A DNA stretch of 56,593 bases. It comes from an uncultured Candidatus Saccharibacteria bacterium (GTDB taxonomy: Bacteria; Patescibacteriota; Saccharimonadia; Saccharimonadales; Saccharimonadaceae). The stretch's first letter is position 1, and the number at the start of each line of letters is the position of its first letter. Positions 52,668-56,593 of the stretch are shown here, in pieces. The DNA lies in assembly GCA_964383465.1 (NCBI GenBank), contig CAYLGT010000005.1, positions 1 through 56,593 on the forward strand, given 5' to 3'. The notes beneath the pieces were generated by a model, which had not been told where the DNA came from, searched no databases, and worked only from the letters and a program-made list of their open reading frames with translations. A program made the translations under genes and the position numbers.

Positions 52668-53198
52668 ATGTCAGAGAGGATGTCGTCACGCCACTACGAT
52701 GATCTAGCGAAAGCCGTCTGGGCACTTGCAAAAGTGGCGATGCCACGCGCTATACAAATCGCACCTCTTCCTTGCCTGGTTCGTCGTGAACTAGATGTTG
52801 ACGGTCAGCTGGTCGAACTTAGCGTAGAAGTTACAAAACCCAACGAGCATATCTCTGCTGAGTTGCCGCGAACACTGCAAATGGTGATGGGGCGTGTCGA
52901 ACCATATGGCCCGGATGATCGCTACAAGCTTTGGTCTTTTGAGCAGCTTACACTGCAACCCTCCAGGAGGACACGAACATTCGAGAAGGGTCACCAAGTT
53001 TTTTCAGCCGATGAAAGCGTGCTTATGCTGCCAAATACACAGGGTCTCCCAGCTGGCGAACGTCGGCGGCTTGGGCCTTTGGCGTGGCGAGAGATAAAAA
53101 CTAGCACGAGTTTTTCCGACTTTGGTCCGGCAGACGCCGATCGGTTTAGGGCAGAGGCAGAACGGTTAGCGCTTCGTGTCCGAGAGTTTGATTTCTAA
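52668..53198 (+). CDS. Hypothetical 176-aa protein
   Basis: ORF behind the leaderless-type -10. No motif recognised. Confidence 0.55.
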   Translation: MSERMSSRHYDDLAKAVWALAKVAMPRAIQIAPLPCLVRRELDVDGQLVELSVEVTKPNEHISAELPRTLQMVMGRVEPYGPDDRYKLWSFEQLTLQPSRRTRTFEKGHQVFSADESVLMLPNTQGLPAGERRRLGPLAWREIKTSTSFSDFGPADADRFRAEAERLALRVREFDF

Positions 53199-53206
53199 AA
53201 AGCATA

Positions 53207-53242
53207 AGAAGTATTGACAAAAACTACATATAGTGCTATGAT
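53207..53242 (+). promoter_or_regulatory. Consensus promoter TTGACA-17-TATGAT with an upstream CATAAGnnGTA block related to 34222 and 34640
   Basis: TTGACA 53214-19, TATGAT 53237-42 (TGc extended). Confidence 0.7.
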
Positions 53243-53292
53243 AAAGAGATACAACTGATAAGCGGTTGTGAGGAATGAGGAAAGGAAGGTGT

Positions 53293-54234
53293 ATGAATAA
53301 GTTTTTGAAGTTCGTCGGTGCATCGTTAAGCGCATTTGCGCTGATGGCCGCAACAGTGGTCGCCCTGAGTGGCAACAACCACGCAGCTGCAACTCCGCAG
53401 TGTGAAGTAACGTCGGTAGGTGAACGGGCAAGTGCCTTCACTATAAGCGACGACAAGTCGACTGCAACCGTAAAGTTCAAAGCAACTGGTGCTGACAACT
53501 GTCAGGTACAAGTTTCGGTCATGTCGTTTTATGCGCCATCTATGACCGGAAAGCCATACGACCAGCAGAAGCTTTTCGACATCAACACGAAAACAGTTGG
53601 TAAGGGTACGCACACTCTGACAGGCAAGCTGCCAGTAAAGAGTAACGATGCCAAGGGATGTTTCTACCAGGTCGACCTGACCTATGGTACAAAAATCCAC
53701 AGTCCTGTACTGGCATATGGCCACGGTAAGCTCGACTGTAGTGTGACTCCACCTGTCCAGAAGATCAAAGTCTGTGACCTAAAGACTCACGAAATCGTGC
53801 AGATCAAAGAGTCGGACTTCAACCCAAACCGCTACAGCAAAAATCTGGCTGACTGTAACAAAGTCAAAGTCTGTGACCTGACGACCAAAAAGATCGTTCG
53901 TGTCTACAAGGACGAACTCCAGGCCAACCCTAGCCGCTATACTCGCGACCTGAGCAAATGTGCTCCAGTTCCAAAACCAGGCGAAATGGTTGTTTGTGAC
54001 CTGAACTCGGGTGATGTGATCACGATCAAAGAAAACGAGTTTGACACCGCGAAGTACTCAAAAGACGTCAACGACGCCAAATGTACCGAAACCGAAGAAC
54101 TTCCAGACTCAGTTGCTTCAACTGGTCCAGAGCAGGCAATCGCCAGCATGTTCGGTCTCGGTGGCTTCGCCGGTAGCGCCGTGTACTACTTCCAGTCTCG
54201 CCGCAACTTTCTCAGTTCATTGTTCCGCCGCTAA
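53293..54234 (+). CDS. Secreted cell-surface protein with three VCDL repeats and a C-terminal sorting-signal-like tail
   Basis: Signal peptide, a Cys-containing beta-rich domain, 3 repeats of about 37 aa (aa 157-264), then LPDSVASTG, a hydrophobic helix and an RR tail. Confidence 0.75.
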   Translation: MNKFLKFVGASLSAFALMAATVVALSGNNHAAATPQCEVTSVGERASAFTISDDKSTATVKFKATGADNCQVQVSVMSFYAPSMTGKPYDQQKLFDINTKTVGKGTHTLTGKLPVKSNDAKGCFYQVDLTYGTKIHSPVLAYGHGKLDCSVTPPVQKIKVCDLKTHEIVQIKESDFNPNRYSKNLADCNKVKVCDLTTKKIVRVYKDELQANPSRYTRDLSKCAPVPKPGEMVVCDLNSGDVITIKENEFDTAKYSKDVNDAKCTETEELPDSVASTGPEQAIASMFGLGGFAGSAVYYFQSRRNFLSSLFRR

Positions 54235-54254
54235 GATCGGTATCCTCACTAAAA

Positions 54255-54286
54255 AAGAATCGCCCTAACCGGCGATTCTTTTTTTG
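54255..54286 (+). terminator. Intrinsic terminator after the surface protein gene
   Basis: aagaatcgcc-ctaacc-ggcgattctt followed by tttttt. Confidence 0.85.
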
Positions 54287-54359
54287 CTATAACTCAAATT
54301 TTCACTAGTCAGGCTGGAGCGTTTTACTCTATACTAGAGGGTAAGAAAAAGGAGGTGAG

Positions 54360-56593
54360 ATGAACAGAAAAGGCATGCTGTATAACCTGCCTAAATGGCT
54401 CCGTGTGGTCATCCCGACCGCGCTTGTCATAGTATGGTTTACGATTTCAGGAATTGGTGGCCCATACTTCGGAAAGATCGAGGAAGTTTCGGACATCGAC
54501 CTGACAGCATTTTTACCTAAAAGCGCTGAAGCGACAAAAGTAAATGAACAGCTCGGTAAGTTTCGAAGTGAGAAAACACTTCCGGCGATCGTTCTGTTTC
54601 AGGCCAAAGACGGAACGATAGATGAGACGCAGGTGACGCACATAAACAACGCCGCCCAGAAGCTCACGGACATTCCAGAAGTTGCCGGGTCAATCTCGCC
54701 GGCAATTGTTGCGGATGACAAAGAAGCTGCGTTTGTGGTGCTTCCAATCGACAGTACGAGGAGTATTCCGGATGCACTCAAAGAGGTACGTGAGAGTCTG
54801 AACAAGTCTGATCTCGGCAACACGAAGTATGGCGTTACCGGTCCGGCTGGTTTTGCGGCCGATTTGAACACGGCGTTTGGTGGAATCGATGGTATTTTGC
54901 TGCTCACTGCGCTCGCCGTTGTGTTTGTGATTTTGCTGTTTGTGTACCGTTCGATTTTGTTGCCGATTTTGGTGCTTCTCAGCAGCATCTTTGCGCTGAG
55001 TGCGAGTATCTTTATCGTTTGGTGGTTGGCAAAATGGGACATCTTGCAGCTCAACGGACAGGTGCAGGGAATTCTGTTTATCCTCGTCATCGGTGCGGCG
55101 ACTGATTATGCGCTTCTGTATGTATCTCGCTACCGCGAAGAGTTGTACCAGCATGGAAGTAAGTGGGTTGCTACTCACTCGGCAATGCGAGGAGCGCTCG
55201 AACCGATTGCGGCGAGCGGAGGCACGGTCATGGTTGGACTACTATGTCTGCTGCTCAGCGACCTCGGTTCAAACAAGGCGTTGGGTCCGGTTGGTGCGAT
55301 TGGTATCGCTATGGCGATGCTTTCCAGTCTGACGTTCCTGCCGGCAGTACTATACGCGCTGGGTCGTGCAAGTTTCTGGCCAGTCATGCCGCGCTATGGC
55401 AAAGCGGAGCTCGCGGCGCATAAAGCGAAACTGAAACGCGGCCTATGGCAGCGCGTCGGGAACTTTGTGGCTGCTCGTCCTCGTCCAGTATGGATGATAG
55501 CGATCGTCGTGCTTGGCGGACTGTCATTTGGACTTATGGGCATCAAGGCCAACGGCGTTGATCAAAGTGACCTGATACTTGGCTACTCGGAAGCGCGAGA
55601 AACTCAAAAAGACCTGAACAAACACTTCCCAGACGGCTCGGGGAGCCCAGCGTTTGTCATCGCACCTGAAGGCGCACTCGATAAAATTGTCGCCAAGGCC
55701 GACACCCTGCAGGGCGTGGATGGGATAGCCGTAACTGCAACGGGCGTCGACAGTGGGTTTAAGCCACTAGGTAAACAAGAAGCAAGTATCAAAAACAAAA
55801 TCCGCACTGAAGTACAAAAAACGCTTGATACCCAAAAGGCTGACATCGAGGCGCAGTACGGACCATTTGCGAGTACCATCGTGGCAAATCTACCGACCGC
55901 AGATGAGCTAGTTGAAAAAGCATACCCGTTCAAAGACGCTAAGCCAACTGTGGTCGACGGGGAAGTGCTGGTCCAGGTAACGCTCACCGACTCACCAGAC
56001 AGTGATGCGGCGAAACAAACTATCGAGCGACTTCGCGAGAACCTAAAGCCGATCGACGAGCGAGTGCTGGTCGGCGGCGCCACAGCAGCACAGCTCGACA
56101 CAAACAACGCGTCGATTCATGACCGTACGGTGATCATCCCAGTAGTGTTGGTGGCGATTACATTCATTCTCATGTTGCTCCTTCGCTCGGTGGTTGCACC
56201 GATCCTCCTGTTGTTTACGACAGTTCTGTCGTTTGGCGCATCACTCGGTGTGGCTTCGCTACTCTTTAACAACGTGTGGAATTTCCCAGGCGCCGACCCG
56301 TCGGTCATCCTCTACGCCTTCGTTTTCCTCGTTGCATTGGGTATCGACTACAACATCTTTCTAATGACGCGCGTGCGAGAAGAAACCATCAAGCACGGCA
56401 CAGCTGAAGGAGTTATCAAGGGCCTCGTCGTAACTGGTGGCGTGATTACGAGCGCTGGTGTTGTTCTGGCATCTACGTTTGCCGCGCTCGGCGTGATCCC
56501 AATCCTGTTCTTGTTCCAGCTGGCGTTTATCGTGGCGTTTGGTGTGCTACTCGATACCTTCGTCGTGCGCTCATTGCTCGTGCCAGCGCTCAT
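54360..56593 (+). CDS. MMPL-family (RND superfamily) membrane transporter, 3'-truncated by the window end
   Basis: Absent from the ORF track because it has no stop. TATACTAGA at 54330, AAGGAGG SD, ATG 54360. Frame stays open to 56593. Motifs GAATDYALLYVSRYREE and VALGIDYNIFLMTRVREE. Confidence 0.85.
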   Translation, partial: MNRKGMLYNLPKWLRVVIPTALVIVWFTISGIGGPYFGKIEEVSDIDLTAFLPKSAEATKVNEQLGKFRSEKTLPAIVLFQAKDGTIDETQVTHINNAAQKLTDIPEVAGSISPAIVADDKEAAFVVLPIDSTRSIPDALKEVRESLNKSDLGNTKYGVTGPAGFAADLNTAFGGIDGILLLTALAVVFVILLFVYRSILLPILVLLSSIFALSASIFIVWWLAKWDILQLNGQVQGILFILVIGAATDYALLYVSRYREELYQHGSKWVATHSAMRGALEPIAASGGTVMVGLLCLLLSDLGSNKALGPVGAIGIAMAMLSSLTFLPAVLYALGRASFWPVMPRYGKAELAAHKAKLKRGLWQRVGNFVAARPRPVWMIAIVVLGGLSFGLMGIKANGVDQSDLILGYSEARETQKDLNKHFPDGSGSPAFVIAPEGALDKIVAKADTLQGVDGIAVTATGVDSGFKPLGKQEASIKNKIRTEVQKTLDTQKADIEAQYGPFASTIVANLPTADELVEKAYPFKDAKPTVVDGEVLVQVTLTDSPDSDAAKQTIERLRENLKPIDERVLVGGATAAQLDTNNASIHDRTVIIPVVLVAITFILMLLLRSVVAPILLLFTTVLSFGASLGVASLLFNNVWNFPGADPSVILYAFVFLVALGIDYNIFLMTRVREETIKHGTAEGVIKGLVVTGGVITSAGVVLASTFAALGVIPILFLFQLAFIVAFGVLLDTFVVRSLLVPAL

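Noticed and set aside
54599-56593. Several minus-strand ORFs of 60-167 aa in the track (54599..55090, 54690..55178, 55604..56107, 56348..56593, etc.).
   Set aside because: They are shadow ORFs antisense to a continuous plus-strand frame with clear MMPL transporter motifs. The track omits that frame only because it has no stop inside the window.
1-56593. tRNA, rRNA, tmRNA, RNase P or SRP RNA genes, riboswitches and T-boxes.
   Set aside because: The intergenic regions are short, with the longest about 260 nt, and none showed a cloverleaf-compatible T-arm (GTTCGAATC-like) or other conserved RNA hallmarks by eye. The aaRS genes have promoters too close to their starts to hold T-box leaders. A covariance-model scan would be needed to be certain.
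1-56593. An alternative genetic code (UGA recoding, as in some candidate phyla).
   Set aside because: Housekeeping ORFs terminate cleanly at TGA, TAA and TAG where homologs end (for example hpf, xseB and greA). None needs read-through to reach normal length.

Overview
The window is a gene-dense, mostly plus-strand stretch of a small-genome bacterium. The protein set suggests Patescibacteria/Saccharibacteria (TM7), but that assignment is inference only. The backbone is housekeeping: rpsB-tsf, frr-uppS-rseP, proS, greA, lysS, serS, hpf, secA, murD, prfB, ftsEX with a PcsB-like CHAP hydrolase and an S41 protease, rpmA, xseAB, recO, glyQS, and a 3'-truncated MMPL transporter at the right edge that the ORF track misses because it has no stop. 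No rRNA, tRNA, CRISPR array, transposase or integrase was seen. Genes of unknown function with visibly different base composition interrupt this backbone. The most interesting locus is 42893..44715. It holds three tandem, strongly diverged paralogs, each with its own near-identical extended -10 promoter, 5'UTR and covariation-supported terminator hairpin. Each ORF is also flanked by short 5'/3' complementary motifs. Other notable loci: (1) a diverged copy of the glyQS 3' end that brackets a one-gene insertion next to an AT-rich NYN-nuclease island; (2) a PP-loop ATPase translationally coupled to murD, possibly MurL-like; (3) two GC-rich genes sharing a duplicated promoter and leader; (4) a 36-nt promoter repeated exactly in front of two orphan genes; (5) many -10 boxes only 6-11 nt from start codons, implying leaderless mRNAs. 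All functional calls rest on motifs read by eye. No database search was run.
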